From positions 1 to 55,547 of IMG/VR virus record IMGVR_UViG_3300037961_002849: DNA of 55,547 nt; one strand, written 5' to 3'. The position numbers were made by a program, and so were the translations under genes. A model generated the notes under the pieces. It saw only the letters and a program-made list of their open reading frames with translations. It did not search any database and was not told the DNA's origin. This document shows, in pieces, positions 44,852 to 54,292 of this stretch (the stretch's first letter is position 1; the number at the start of each line of letters is the position of its first letter). This DNA is from a virus. Taxonomy: Duplodnaviria; Caudoviricetes.

Positions 44852-46447
44852 TTAATCTATTTTAGTAACCAAAACAACTACATCTCCAGTAGATGGAGCG
44901 GTGTTAAAATCTAGAGTTACTACACTTGCGCTTGTTCTAACAACTTGAGCATATACAGTTTCATAACTTGAGGCATCATAGAGCTGAACAATTACATCGC
45001 GAGTTCCAAGGCTGTGTGTAACTGCAATACTTGTAGCACTTCCGTCACCGATAGCTGTGCGGTAAGAACGAGCAGCAAGACCAGCAGGGGTAACTGCAAG
45101 CGTAGTAGAAGAACCATCAAGCGTTTCAGCAGTTGTGGCAAGCTCAACAACCCCTTTAACAGTTGTTGACGCATCAATACCAGCGATTGTTACAGCAGCA
45201 GTTTCAGAACCAGAACCCGATACAGAAATACCCGTCCCAGAAGTTGCAGCGATTGTGGCTACATAATTCCCAGTAGTATCTGTGCCAAGGGCTACTGCGT
45301 TTGCAACAATAGTAGCAGTTAATTCTACATCGGCAGATCCGTCAATAGAAACGCTACCCGATAAATCACCATCAAGAGTAATTGTGCGAGCAGTTTGCCA
45401 TTTAGTAGCGGTGGAAGCGTTCCCCGTTAATTGACCCGTAATATTACCTGCTACAAGATCAGCCAGCTCATCTTCCGAAAATGTTGTGTTTCCAGGCTCT
45501 GTAGGATTATTTCTGTAGAACCTCCAGGCTTCACCAGATACATCAAAGAATAAACCAGCATATACCGCGCTGCTTCCACTATTATAGCGTCCATAGTAAC
45601 CAAAGTCATTAGTACCAGCGTTGTCTGTCGCCACCTTAATGTGATGGTCGTCAATTGTTAATGTAGTTGAATTAACAGTGGTTGTTGTGCCGTCTACAGA
45701 TAAGTTTCCATTAACAACAAGATTACCGGAAGTTGTAATTTCTACAGAAGAGTTAGCCCCGATTGTAGTGTTAGAATTAATTTGACCCAAACGCGACATT
45801 AAATTTGACACGCTTACATCGTCAACTGTAGTATTTCCTTCTAGAGCTGTGGTAGCTGTAGTGCCATAAGTAACGGCAAGAGTAGGCGTTGACCCCTCAC
45901 CAGTGTTTCCAGAAGTGGTAAGACCCGTAAGCGTGCCCAACGTTGCCACGTAGTTCCCAGTGGTGTCTGTGCCCAGCGCAACAGAATTAGCAGAAATAGT
46001 TGCCGCACCCCCTGCCGCGATAGTAATATCACCGCTTACATTCCCAAAGACCGCATCCTCTAAATCAGAGAATGTTACTTTTTTTGTAGCCGAAGAATCA
46101 CTTGCATCTACAAGTGGAATGTGGTCGCCTTGTGCTACGGCTGAAATAGCGGTAAGTTCACTAAGGTCTAAGTCAAGAGTTACAGTACCAGTTGCACCGC
46201 CGCCACTTAAACCATTACCCGCGGTAACACCCGTAATATCTCCTGCAATAGAAGTCCATGCTGAACCATCATAGAAACGAACTTGATTCGTATCTGAACG
46301 GTAAATCATTCTACCCTCAAAGTTATTAGAAGAAGGGTCTGCCGTTAATGATTCAAATGTAGCATTTTTAATTTGATAGCTTCCGCCCGCGGTAAGGGTG
46401 ATGTTCCCGTCAACTACCAAATTGCTTAAAAATTTTACGTCAGCCAT
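44852..46447 (-). CDS. Tail fibre protein
   Basis: Thr/Gly-rich. Duplicated VALGTDTTGNYVAT; GNASTATKWQTARTI and HSLGTRDVIVQLYD motifs. Confidence 0.85.
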   Translation of the reverse strand: MADVKFLSNLVVDGNITLTAGGSYQIKNATFESLTADPSSNNFEGRMIYRSDTNQVRFYDGSAWTSIAGDITGVTAGNGLSGGGATGTVTLDLDLSELTAISAVAQGDHIPLVDASDSSATKKVTFSDLEDAVFGNVSGDITIAAGGAATISANSVALGTDTTGNYVATLGTLTGLTTSGNTGEGSTPTLAVTYGTTATTALEGNTTVDDVSVSNLMSRLGQINSNTTIGANSSVEITTSGNLVVNGNLSVDGTTTTVNSTTLTIDDHHIKVATDNAGTNDFGYYGRYNSGSSAVYAGLFFDVSGEAWRFYRNNPTEPGNTTFSEDELADLVAGNITGQLTGNASTATKWQTARTITLDGDLSGSVSIDGSADVELTATIVANAVALGTDTTGNYVATIAATSGTGISVSGSGSETAAVTIAGIDASTTVKGVVELATTAETLDGSSTTLAVTPAGLAARSYRTAIGDGSATSIAVTHSLGTRDVIVQLYDASSYETVYAQVVRTSASVVTLDFNTAPSTGDVVVLVTKID

Positions 46448-46453
46448 TTTATA

Positions 46454-46789
46454 TTAGTTTAAGTATGCCGTGCCGCTTGTGGGGGCAGATAGGCTTATTG
46501 TTAGGTTGTTTAAATCCGTGTAAGAAACAGCTCCATGTATCAAGCTATCTGCACTGTCTGCTATAGAAACACTGGGTTTTTTACCTAAATTGTGATTAAT
46601 ATTCCAAGTAGTACTAGCAGAGCTTTGAGTAAAAGTAAAACTCTTATCTCCCGATGCCGATGCTGAGGCAATAACCCCAGTAACAGATACATTGGTAGAG
46701 GGCTGTGTTATCTTGGTTGAGGTTACTACTGTAGATATACCACTGATAGAAACAGATTGCCCAGATGATATTTCAATAATATTACTCAC
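46454..46789 (-). CDS. Tail structural protein
   Basis: FTQSSASTTWNINHNLGKKPSV motif. Confidence 0.7.
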   Translation of the reverse strand: MSNIIEISSGQSVSISGISTVVTSTKITQPSTNVSVTGVIASASASGDKSFTFTQSSASTTWNINHNLGKKPSVSIADSADSLIHGAVSYTDLNNLTISLSAPTSGTAYLN

Positions 46790-47144
46790 TTACGTCCTCA
46801 TTTACTTTAAACAAACCATATACCCATGTTTTTACTACATTACTAGCGGTAGACTGCAGATCGTAAACGTATATACCTCCAGACACTCCAGCCATTGTAG
46901 AAGCTGCTGCTGTTATTGTTAGCTTTCCAGCCGCTGCATCTCCAGCATATTCAAAAGAACTATCAGCAATAATATCTCCAGAGGAAGTATCAGTTTCTTT
47001 TACATCCATCTTCCATTGATAGCCATCTAAATCTATAGCAGCACCTGCACTATCTGTAAATGTAAATTCAAGAGTAAATGTATCTCCTTTTCTACACGTG
47101 ATATCCACTCTTGTTGCGTTGTCTAAGTTTACTTGTGTTGCCAT
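46782..47144 (-). CDS. Tail/baseplate-hub-like structural protein
   Basis: KGDTF...YVYDLQ Ig-like pattern. Confidence 0.7.
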   Translation of the reverse strand: MATQVNLDNATRVDITCRKGDTFTLEFTFTDSAGAAIDLDGYQWKMDVKETDTSSGDIIADSSFEYAGDAAAGKLTITAAASTMAGVSGGIYVYDLQSTASNVVKTWVYGLFKVNEDVSE

Positions 47145-47149
47145 AATTG

Positions 47150-47157
47150 CAAAGATA
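47150..47157 (-). promoter_or_regulatory. -7 box TATCTTTG, leaderless transcript
   Basis: 5 nt before the ATG at 47144. Confidence 0.7.
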
Positions 47158-47162
47158 CTAAC

Positions 47163-49604
47163 TTACTGGTTATCAATTAAATCGGCTATGCTATCTGGAG
47201 TATCACTTAAAGGAGGTCTTTGGTCTTTTCTTTGCGCGATAAGCTTGGATTGCTCTATAGCTTGTTTTTCCACGCGACTGTCTTTTCTGTCCTCTTTCAT
47301 GATGTCCAAGCTTGCTTTGCTACGTTGTCCCATTGCAGTTTGCTGTGCGACAATCTGAGCCTTCATAGCTTGAATTTCTTTATTATACATATGCTCTAGT
47401 TCCATCAGCTGAGCTTTAATCTTGCTTTCCATTTGGAACTTTTGCATTTCAAGCTCTGCTTCCATCTGCATTTTCTGCGCGTCTGTCTGCATTGCCATCT
47501 GCTGATTCTGTGCATTTGCTTGCTGCTGCGCCTGGATGTTTTGAAGGTTCATCTCTTGCTTGGCTTTCATGCGCTTCTTGCGGCGAACAATCAACAGCTG
47601 CTCTGCTTGATCGATGTCTCTTAGACCGCGGATTCCTATGGCGTCCTCTAAGTCAATCTCTCCGGAGGCTAGTGCAACTTGAATATTCTGCTCTAGGTAT
47701 GCAGCATCTCTATCGTCCATGTTGCCCATTATCTGAACGCCGAAGTTGTACATCGGCAGTTCACTGAAGCTAGAGAGCACACTCATGTTTGTTTCACCAA
47801 TGGCGTTTACATATATCTGATGAAGGGTGCTTCCCTGCGGGATGATCTGCAGACAGCGAATGATGTCTTCACACACGCGCTTGTATAACACTTTGGAAGA
47901 GTGGGTAACGTCGTATATAGCGTTATTACCTGCGGCAAGCTGCTGCTGACGCACCCCAACAAGTTGATCTCCTTTGGGTGATGTGCCGTCCATTACCTCG
48001 TTGATTCCGGTAGTATCGCGAATCATACGCAGGTAGTGGTTGTATAGGGCGATCATTTCATTGATGTTCCTAATGCTGTTGTCTAGAGGTCTGATAGGAG
48101 GGTTTTGGAAACCACCGTCCGGATTTTTAGAGCGGTAGTAGAATACTCCCGTTTGCTCGTAAATATCCTGGAGCTCTAGTGGCTGAAGTTCTCCTCCAGA
48201 ACCTAGCTGCACGTTTTCCAATCCTTCAATATCAATAATGATCCCGTCTGGCTTTGCTTTGGCAATAGCCTGCTGGATTTTTAGGTGGGTAAGCTGTAGT
48301 TGATCTGCAAACCCTATGATAGAAGAAACCATAGACTTAGGCATCATGCGGCGTAAGTTTGTAGCAACTACGCTGTACGAAAGGCGAGCCTTGGTGATGT
48401 CGTGAATGTTTTTCGGGATATTCTTCTTTAGCCCGTAGTTATATATATGTTGTGTGCCTAGTATAAAACTACCACCATATACTGTTGTGTTGTGTAGGCA
48501 GTGGCCCACTCTCTCGTATACAGATTCGGCTGGCGGCTTGTATTCGCTGCCTTTGTAGAAGAAGTTCTTGTTCCCGTGTCTAGACTCTTTCTCCTCGTAG
48601 TAGATTTTGTCTACCGATAAGAATTCAAAGTCCATCACCTCTACAAAATACTCATCGTACCCGTAAGACGCACGTTGAAGGCTCTTGTCGTAGTGTGAGT
48701 GTGTAAGGCGAGAGGGGTCGTTCTGGAATCTATTTCTAACGGTCCTTGCTATTGCGTGATACTCCTCTTCTGTAAACTGATCACCAGCCAACCTCTTGAG
48801 CTCTTGTATGGTAACGCGCTTTATGTGTCCGGCGTATACTAGGTCCTCAAAGTTGGGGTCTTCTGTGTAGCTGTGTATGAAGTGCGACGGGTCTACGTAG
48901 TTTTCTGTGATCCCGTAATTTGGGTCGTTGTCCCGTTTAATTACCGCAATACCAATAGTTGCAAGGTCGTTGACAGAACGACGATATGTAGCGTCGTTAA
49001 AGTTGTTCCAGTCCAGCGTCATTTTTGTAGCGATCTGGCTGGCGATTTCTGCTTGCGTTTTTACGTTGGTATCCATGAAGATTTCAGCCTCTTCGATATT
49101 TTCTGGAAGGGCGTCTGGATCAACGTCTGTTTGCACGCCCGCACTTTTAGCTTTCTTTAGAAAGTCTTTAGTGAGGATTTGTGCTTTAAGCTTATTTTTT
49201 TGTTTGTCCCTTTGCATTCGAGAAAGCGGGTCTACGGCTTCCACGTTTGGATAAGGGTCAGCAGATAAGATCTTGTTTACCACGATCTTGATAAACTTCG
49301 GAACAATAGGAACCGGAGTCCAATCGAGATTAAGCAACGTACCGTCCCCATTGTTTGGGTCCAGAGAGTTGAGTATCTGCTTGTACTTTGATGTGTCTTG
49401 GGTTCCGTTCGCGTAATCGCGAGAAGCCTCAAATTCTTTTTTTCTGCGGTAGTAGAGGGAGCCCTCATCTGACGCATTACCCCATTGATTCTCTATAGCC
49501 ATGGCATATTTTAAGCCAAATGCTTTAGACAATTTTACTTCTGGTGAAGCTAGTGGGTCCGGGAAATTCCCGTATCTATCGGATTTTTTATTACTATCAA
49601 ACAT
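47163..49604 (-). CDS. Portal protein
   Basis: 813 aa following the terminase. LDWTPVPIVPKFI and RDTTGINE motifs; Gln-rich C-terminal coil. Confidence 0.9.
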   Translation of the reverse strand: MFDSNKKSDRYGNFPDPLASPEVKLSKAFGLKYAMAIENQWGNASDEGSLYYRRKKEFEASRDYANGTQDTSKYKQILNSLDPNNGDGTLLNLDWTPVPIVPKFIKIVVNKILSADPYPNVEAVDPLSRMQRDKQKNKLKAQILTKDFLKKAKSAGVQTDVDPDALPENIEEAEIFMDTNVKTQAEIASQIATKMTLDWNNFNDATYRRSVNDLATIGIAVIKRDNDPNYGITENYVDPSHFIHSYTEDPNFEDLVYAGHIKRVTIQELKRLAGDQFTEEEYHAIARTVRNRFQNDPSRLTHSHYDKSLQRASYGYDEYFVEVMDFEFLSVDKIYYEEKESRHGNKNFFYKGSEYKPPAESVYERVGHCLHNTTVYGGSFILGTQHIYNYGLKKNIPKNIHDITKARLSYSVVATNLRRMMPKSMVSSIIGFADQLQLTHLKIQQAIAKAKPDGIIIDIEGLENVQLGSGGELQPLELQDIYEQTGVFYYRSKNPDGGFQNPPIRPLDNSIRNINEMIALYNHYLRMIRDTTGINEVMDGTSPKGDQLVGVRQQQLAAGNNAIYDVTHSSKVLYKRVCEDIIRCLQIIPQGSTLHQIYVNAIGETNMSVLSSFSELPMYNFGVQIMGNMDDRDAAYLEQNIQVALASGEIDLEDAIGIRGLRDIDQAEQLLIVRRKKRMKAKQEMNLQNIQAQQQANAQNQQMAMQTDAQKMQMEAELEMQKFQMESKIKAQLMELEHMYNKEIQAMKAQIVAQQTAMGQRSKASLDIMKEDRKDSRVEKQAIEQSKLIAQRKDQRPPLSDTPDSIADLIDNQ

Positions 49605-49627
49605 TTCGTGAGATAAAGTATTCCTTG

Positions 49628-49635
49628 CAAATATA
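49628..49635 (-). promoter_or_regulatory. -7 box TATATTTG
   Basis: Intergenic, upstream of the portal gene. Confidence 0.6.
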
Positions 49636-49658
49636 CTAAATCGCTTAACGTCATTACG

Positions 49659-51782
49659 TTAGGCATTAAACTTATACCTACGGAAAAACTTTTTCTCTGA
49701 AAAGTTAGATTTTACTTCTTCTTTTTTGACTTTTTGTGCTGCTAAAAGAGCAAGTCCAGAACTGATGGTAAGGTCAAACTTTGTTCTATTATCGATCTTA
49801 AATCCTATCCAATCTTCCAGCGTTCTGTTGAAGTACATGTTCCCAAGTGCATTGGTTTCTACGTTTACACCCACGTGGCTATGTATGTAGTCCTCTATAG
49901 CCTGGGCGTGCGACTGTATAACATCTGCAGAGTTAGAGGGTATCCCTTTTGTTTTGACGTTAACTTTACTGGAGCTTGAAGATAGATGCTGAGGTCTGTC
50001 CATCAGATACTCAGAATATCCGCGCTGCTCGAAATATCTAGCGATTCCGTATTTGTTGTTCTCTATAAGGATAGGGTATCCATAATAAACAGCAGCCATC
50101 AACACGTCTTCATAGAATATTTTAGCGAGGGGAGGTCGAGAAGCATACTCTACTACAAACATGTTGGATGGCGCTGTCATATTAAACTTGTTATAAAGAT
50201 GCATTGCACCTTTAGAGCCACGTCCATCAAGCGTAGCGTCGAGGTCGTAGCTATCGACCCCTCCAACACCAATGTGCGCGTTCCCTGGCTTTCGATGGCC
50301 ACGCTCATTGATCACTTTATTTCTTTCTTCGGCAGGGGGTTGCCAAGCAACCCGGAATCTGCCGTTAACGTCCGGGGAGAAAATCACCTTAGAATCTTGC
50401 ACACCGTTTTCCCAGACGAAGTTACCAATAACAACTGGATTTGGGTAGAGGTTGTCATTGTGTTGTACTTGTTCGTATATCTTGGTAAGATTAAATAGAG
50501 AACCTTGGATACTGTCTCGGAAGGCTTCATCCTCAGTAAAGGGGAACTGGCGTATGACTTCGTTAAGTTCCGAGTGGTCATCTTGAAGGGACTTCCTTTC
50601 ATTTTTTAAGAATGTCTTTGCGCCTATATCAACCTCTTCACTATCAATACCCATGATCGGTTCTTCTGGGTTTTCAATTATTGGGTTCCCAAACTTATCA
50701 AAGAATCCCTCCATAGCTTCATATGCGGGTATAAATATTCTGTATAGTCCAGAACGTGTCCTACCATTTTCGTTGCGGTGGTTGGGATCGGAGTCCGCCC
50801 ATAGGTCTTTATACTCTTTCCCGCCCTTGCTCATGGGGTTTACTGTAGAACCAACTATTGCTGTACCGATGATCTTGCGCCCCACTATCAAACACGTCTT
50901 TTGGATGCGCCACGCCTCACGTATATCTGTAGGCTTCTCCCATTTACCCGCTTCGTCGAGGTACATCATGTGCAGCTTCTCGCCATCGTATGCGTTATTG
51001 GTGGTGTTTTTCCAGTTGATGATTGTGTTTAGCGCCTCACCCTTACTAGAGGTCTTGTTGTTTTTTGTGATTCTCTTGCTGGGCTCACGGAATGCGAGCT
51101 CCACACGTGGGTTTGTTGTACCGTCTTGTATGGGCTTGAAGAAGAATGGGTAGGTCTTGAACATGTACACCACTTTCTTCATGAATATATTTTCCTGCGC
51201 GTCTTTCCCAGTCTTAGACTGTAGCCCAAGGAGCTTGTCTTTTACCTGGGTGGCCTCGTCTAGCAATACGGCTGCCGACATATTCGTATACCCAGAGCGG
51301 CGGCACTTAGTATATATCTGTCCCATGCTTCTGGGGTCTACCTCGCATGCTTTCTGATGGATGAAAAGTCTTTGCTGAAACTCTAAAAAGTACGGGTATC
51401 CTATGTCAAGCTTGGACCACTGCAACATCATGTAGTGCCTGCCAGTGATGTATGTGGGCTTACCGTTATTCATAAACCACATACCTTCTTTCCTGCGGTT
51501 GAACTCTTGCTGAATATAATGTATGTGTTTATCTCTGAATTCTTTTGGTGCTTCAAGCCACTCATCCATGGAGCGAACACGCTTGAGGTCGGAGGGCATT
51601 TCCCCGCGTTGCCAATATTGATCTTCTTTCTTGTTACTGCTAAAGAGAATATCTTTTTTAGCAGGCTTCTTAGGTAGCTGTATAAACAAGTCTGCGATTT
51701 CAATCACCTCTCCAGAAGTTCCATTTGGACAGATGTTTATGACCTTCTGATCATACCCCTCTATATCTACAAGACCGGCCAT
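49659..51782 (-). CDS. terL: Terminase large subunit
   Basis: KCRRSGYT Walker A, YLDEAGK Walker B, GGVDSYD nuclease motif, IENN. Confidence 0.92.
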   Translation of the reverse strand: MAGLVDIEGYDQKVINICPNGTSGEVIEIADLFIQLPKKPAKKDILFSSNKKEDQYWQRGEMPSDLKRVRSMDEWLEAPKEFRDKHIHYIQQEFNRRKEGMWFMNNGKPTYITGRHYMMLQWSKLDIGYPYFLEFQQRLFIHQKACEVDPRSMGQIYTKCRRSGYTNMSAAVLLDEATQVKDKLLGLQSKTGKDAQENIFMKKVVYMFKTYPFFFKPIQDGTTNPRVELAFREPSKRITKNNKTSSKGEALNTIINWKNTTNNAYDGEKLHMMYLDEAGKWEKPTDIREAWRIQKTCLIVGRKIIGTAIVGSTVNPMSKGGKEYKDLWADSDPNHRNENGRTRSGLYRIFIPAYEAMEGFFDKFGNPIIENPEEPIMGIDSEEVDIGAKTFLKNERKSLQDDHSELNEVIRQFPFTEDEAFRDSIQGSLFNLTKIYEQVQHNDNLYPNPVVIGNFVWENGVQDSKVIFSPDVNGRFRVAWQPPAEERNKVINERGHRKPGNAHIGVGGVDSYDLDATLDGRGSKGAMHLYNKFNMTAPSNMFVVEYASRPPLAKIFYEDVLMAAVYYGYPILIENNKYGIARYFEQRGYSEYLMDRPQHLSSSSSKVNVKTKGIPSNSADVIQSHAQAIEDYIHSHVGVNVETNALGNMYFNRTLEDWIGFKIDNRTKFDLTISSGLALLAAQKVKKEEVKSNFSEKKFFRRYKFNA

Positions 51783-51826
51783 TTAAAATATTTTTAGTAC
51801 TTTACATTAAATTAACACTGGAAAAT

Positions 51827-51958
51827 ATGAAACGATTACTTATTATTTTATCCGCTACACTACTAACGGCTTGCGCGAGCAGCTCCTCCAGCATAGACAT
51901 TACCCAGTGTGCTGTTGATGGTTGTGATATAGCTGCGATACATCATCACGCATGGTAG
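51827..51958 (+). CDS. 43-aa lipoprotein (lipobox LTAC), not in ORF track
   Basis: Manual translation: MKRLLIILSATLLTA/CASSSSSIDITQCAVDGCDIAAIHHHAW. Confidence 0.65.
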   Translation: MKRLLIILSATLLTACASSSSSIDITQCAVDGCDIAAIHHHAW

Positions 51959-52112
51959 AAATGTATTCTAGTAAAATTTCGTAACGACTCACTTTAGAGG
52001 ACATCCCAAATGTATTAGGGGATAGTGCTATTATTTGCTTGCAGTGTCTTATAGCTCCGTCGTACCCATTCCTTTCTATTAGAGACAGAGCTTCTTTTTT
52101 AAATGATTTCAC
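51900..52112 (-). CDS. Hypothetical protein
   Basis: GTGA-coupled ORF. Confidence 0.5.
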   Translation of the reverse strand: MKSFKKEALSLIERNGYDGAIRHCKQIIALSPNTFGMSSKVSRYEILLEYISTMRDDVSQLYHNHQQHTG

Positions 52113-52345
52113 TCTATCAACAATCTATCTATTTTCTCTGGATCAAACCTTCTAATTCTGCGTAAGCGCTCATTTTCTAGGGCTCGTGCTTTTTCATATT
52201 CCTCACGTCCGCTGTCAATGCCTAGGTCTGTAAACATTTTAGCGTTTCTGCGTAACACGCAGTCTATCACCATCTTGGCTTCTGGGTTTTCTGTATAGCT
52301 CATAACGGTATAAAGATAAGAAAACCTATTAAATGCCTTGGACAA
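52109..52345 (-). CDS. Hypothetical protein (start uncertain)
   Basis: ORF in operon. Confidence 0.6.
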   Translation of the reverse strand: MSKAFNRFSYLYTVMSYTENPEAKMVIDCVLRRNAKMFTDLGIDSGREEYEKARALENERLRRIRRFDPEKIDRLLIE

Positions 52346-52610
52346 CCGTGCTCTCCCACTCTAGGTCATCAGCGAATATTGGGGTGTTTTCCCCTACATA
52401 TGCGTTAAATGTGTTGTATTCTAGGTAATCTATGGCCTCTTCTTCGTTTATTTTATCATCATGGCACATCTTCGCTATGCACAGTGATCTCGAGTATATC
52501 ACTTTCCATCCTACGGGGTCGAATCCTATGATGCACTCGTCCCACCCATCAGCAAAGAGAACGTCTTCTGTGTAGGAGTACATCTCTATGATAAGTTCTT
52601 TTTTATTCAT
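52329..52610 (-). CDS. Conserved phage hypothetical protein
   Basis: ADGWDECIIG...EEAIDYLEYN...AYVGENTPIF motif. Confidence 0.75.
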   Translation of the reverse strand: MNKKELIIEMYSYTEDVLFADGWDECIIGFDPVGWKVIYSRSLCIAKMCHDDKINEEEAIDYLEYNTFNAYVGENTPIFADDLEWESTVVQGI

Positions 52611-52611
52611 C

Positions 52612-53106
52612 TTACAGTGTATTTAATTCTTCTAAATTCATTAGGTAGCAGTCATGCGAAAACCTCCAGTCTCTATTGGCCAACTCTCCCGGGTCGAGAT
52701 CCCCCTTTTTGTGGAATGAGGCTTTTTCGAAAAATTCTTTCTTCGGCATGTACCCTGCTATGTATACTTTACTCATGTCGTTCATCACATAGGTGAACAT
52801 GTAGTAATCGCACCGCTGCCTTGTGTTCCAAGAGGATACTGTAACTCGGAATCCTTCGCGCGGCTTGTAGTTTGTTCTTTTGCTTTTTACGTCGATGCTT
52901 AGTCCGTTAGCTTTGAGGTCGTAGTCATAGGTGCTTGTGTCGGTAACTTTGTTGCCTCTACCTTCCAACACGTCCAGCACAATGATCTCACCTAGTGCGC
53001 CAGCTAGGTTTCCATCACCCTTGGTGATAGATCCATTGAGCTCTTGAAACTCAAATCGAGTTCTAGCTCTTTCTAGCTGGTCCTTTGTAACACTAACTTC
53101 TATCAC
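52612..53106 (-). CDS. PD-(D/E)XK nuclease-fold protein
   Basis: GALGE...DYDL...IDVKSK. Confidence 0.65.
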   Translation of the reverse strand: MIEVSVTKDQLERARTRFEFQELNGSITKGDGNLAGALGEIIVLDVLEGRGNKVTDTSTYDYDLKANGLSIDVKSKRTNYKPREGFRVTVSSWNTRQRCDYYMFTYVMNDMSKVYIAGYMPKKEFFEKASFHKKGDLDPGELANRDWRFSHDCYLMNLEELNTL

Positions 53107-53191
53107 TATCTGTCATCTTTTTAAATAAGTAGATATGCCAGGCAATAATTAATAATATTACTACCGCCCATTCAATCAGATTCAATTCCAT
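53093..53191 (-). CDS. 32-aa single-TM peptide (MELNLIEWAVVILLIIAWHIYLFKK...), not in ORF track
   Basis: Manual translation. Fills the gap. Confidence 0.45.
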   Translation of the reverse strand: MELNLIEWAVVILLIIAWHIYLFKKMTDSDRS

Positions 53192-53306
53192 ATTCCTTTA
53201 AATCTCTAGTGCATATCTCAGCTATGCGATGTGTCTCATTTTTTTCTTTCTCAGAATTTAGTGAGTCGATTTTAATAAGCAATCGGCTCATAGTATTTTC
53301 TCTCAT
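53172..53306 (-). CDS. 44-aa hypothetical protein, not in ORF track
   Basis: Manual translation. Fills the gap. Confidence 0.4.
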   Translation of the reverse strand: MRENTMSRLLIKIDSLNSEKEKNETHRIAEICTRDLKEYGIESD

Positions 53307-53313
53307 TGCTCTT

Positions 53314-53499
53314 TTACATTTTAATTAGTCTAAGTCTTCTCTGGTACTTACGAATCAGTAGGGCTGAATTCGTTAATTGTTTTTGTAGTTCATCGGTCCA
53401 CCCAAACCTACTTGCTTGTATGGTTAAGTTGATTTGATCAAGCTCTAGCATACGGAGATACTTCTCTATCTCTCTTATGTGGCGTCTCTTTCTAATCAT
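53314..53499 (-). CDS. Hypothetical protein
   Basis: ORF in operon. Confidence 0.6.
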   Translation of the reverse strand: MIRKRRHIREIEKYLRMLELDQINLTIQASRFGWTDELQKQLTNSALLIRKYQRRLRLIKM

Positions 53500-53518
53500 T
53501 TCTCTTTGGTGTTAAAGG

Positions 53519-53656
53519 TTACCTTCCTTGTCCTCTGTATTTCTTTCTGTAGTTCTTCGATGTCTTCGTTCCGGAGTTTCTTGTTTTTGCATGTACTCCG
53601 GGGCGAGACTTCTTAGACTTTTTCAGATACACTCTTGCTGATTGCTTCTTAGCCAT
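53519..53656 (-). CDS. 45-aa highly basic protein ending KKYRGQGR, not in ORF track
   Basis: Manual translation: MAKKQSARVYLKKSKKSRPGVHAK... Confidence 0.65.
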   Translation of the reverse strand: MAKKQSARVYLKKSKKSRPGVHAKTRNSGTKTSKNYRKKYRGQGR

Positions 53657-53660
53657 TTCT

Positions 53661-53987
53661 CTATGTATTTTCTATCTCGTTGATTTCCAATGCGTTAGCT
53701 CTGTTTTCTTCAACCGCTAGTTTAAGTCCCCCTATCTCCTCCAGCGTCATGTCTAGGATGACGTCTACTTTAGATTTTATCTCGTCAAATAGATTGGAGT
53801 CCGTCATGTCGAGGGCAACAACCTTATCGTTGATTGTTTGCTCTATGGATTTCTCTAGGTTCTTGATCTTATTCTTTAGGCTGTGCTTGTAGATGTTTGT
53901 GCCTTTGACGTCGTCCATTGCCTCGAGCGTGCTCTGTAGCAGTACCGTTGTTTTTACTAGTATCTTGAAAAGATTTGCGTCTATCAT
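53661..53987 (-). CDS. Hypothetical helical protein
   Basis: ATGA-coupled ORF. Confidence 0.65.
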   Translation of the reverse strand: MIDANLFKILVKTTVLLQSTLEAMDDVKGTNIYKHSLKNKIKNLEKSIEQTINDKVVALDMTDSNLFDEIKSKVDVILDMTLEEIGGLKLAVEENRANALEINEIENT

Positions 53988-54292
53988 CTTGAAAACTTCT
54001 CTGCGAACCCACCGGAAAAATCCGACTGTTCTGTTATACCTCCCGTTTGTTTCAGCTCCTTGACCATCTGCTCGAGTCGCTGCCTTTCCTGCAGCAGCTC
54101 TCTGGCGTCGGTAGCTGTAATCTTTATCGCTTGTAGCTCAGCCTTGCGCTGTGACCCGCCGGCCTCTGGATCGACGGGCTTTTTTATTTCGTCGATCATA
54201 TTATTGATAGCCACTTCCATGGAGGCCATCAGCCTTTCAGCTGCATCAAGCGTTGTGAACTTCTTCGATTTCGACATAAAGCAAATCATCAA
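53984..54292 (-). CDS. Conserved helical protein, possible terminase small subunit (likely start MSKSKK)
   Basis: Coiled coil, upstream of terL, GGFAE C-terminus. Confidence 0.4.
   Translation of the reverse strand: MMICFMSKSKKFTTLDAAERLMASMEVAINNMIDEIKKPVDPEAGGSQRKAELQAIKITATDARELLQERQRLEQMVKELKQTGGITEQSDFSGGFAEKFSR

Noticed and set aside
39173-46447. Diversity-generating retroelement or invertase shuffling of tail fibres
   Set aside because: No reverse transcriptase, recombinase or template/variable repeat pair was recognised.
13136-51703. Many shadow ORFs antisense to structural genes (e.g. 41873-42523, 49986-50498, 37970-38413)
   Set aside because: They are fully nested opposite well-supported genes and show no protein motifs.
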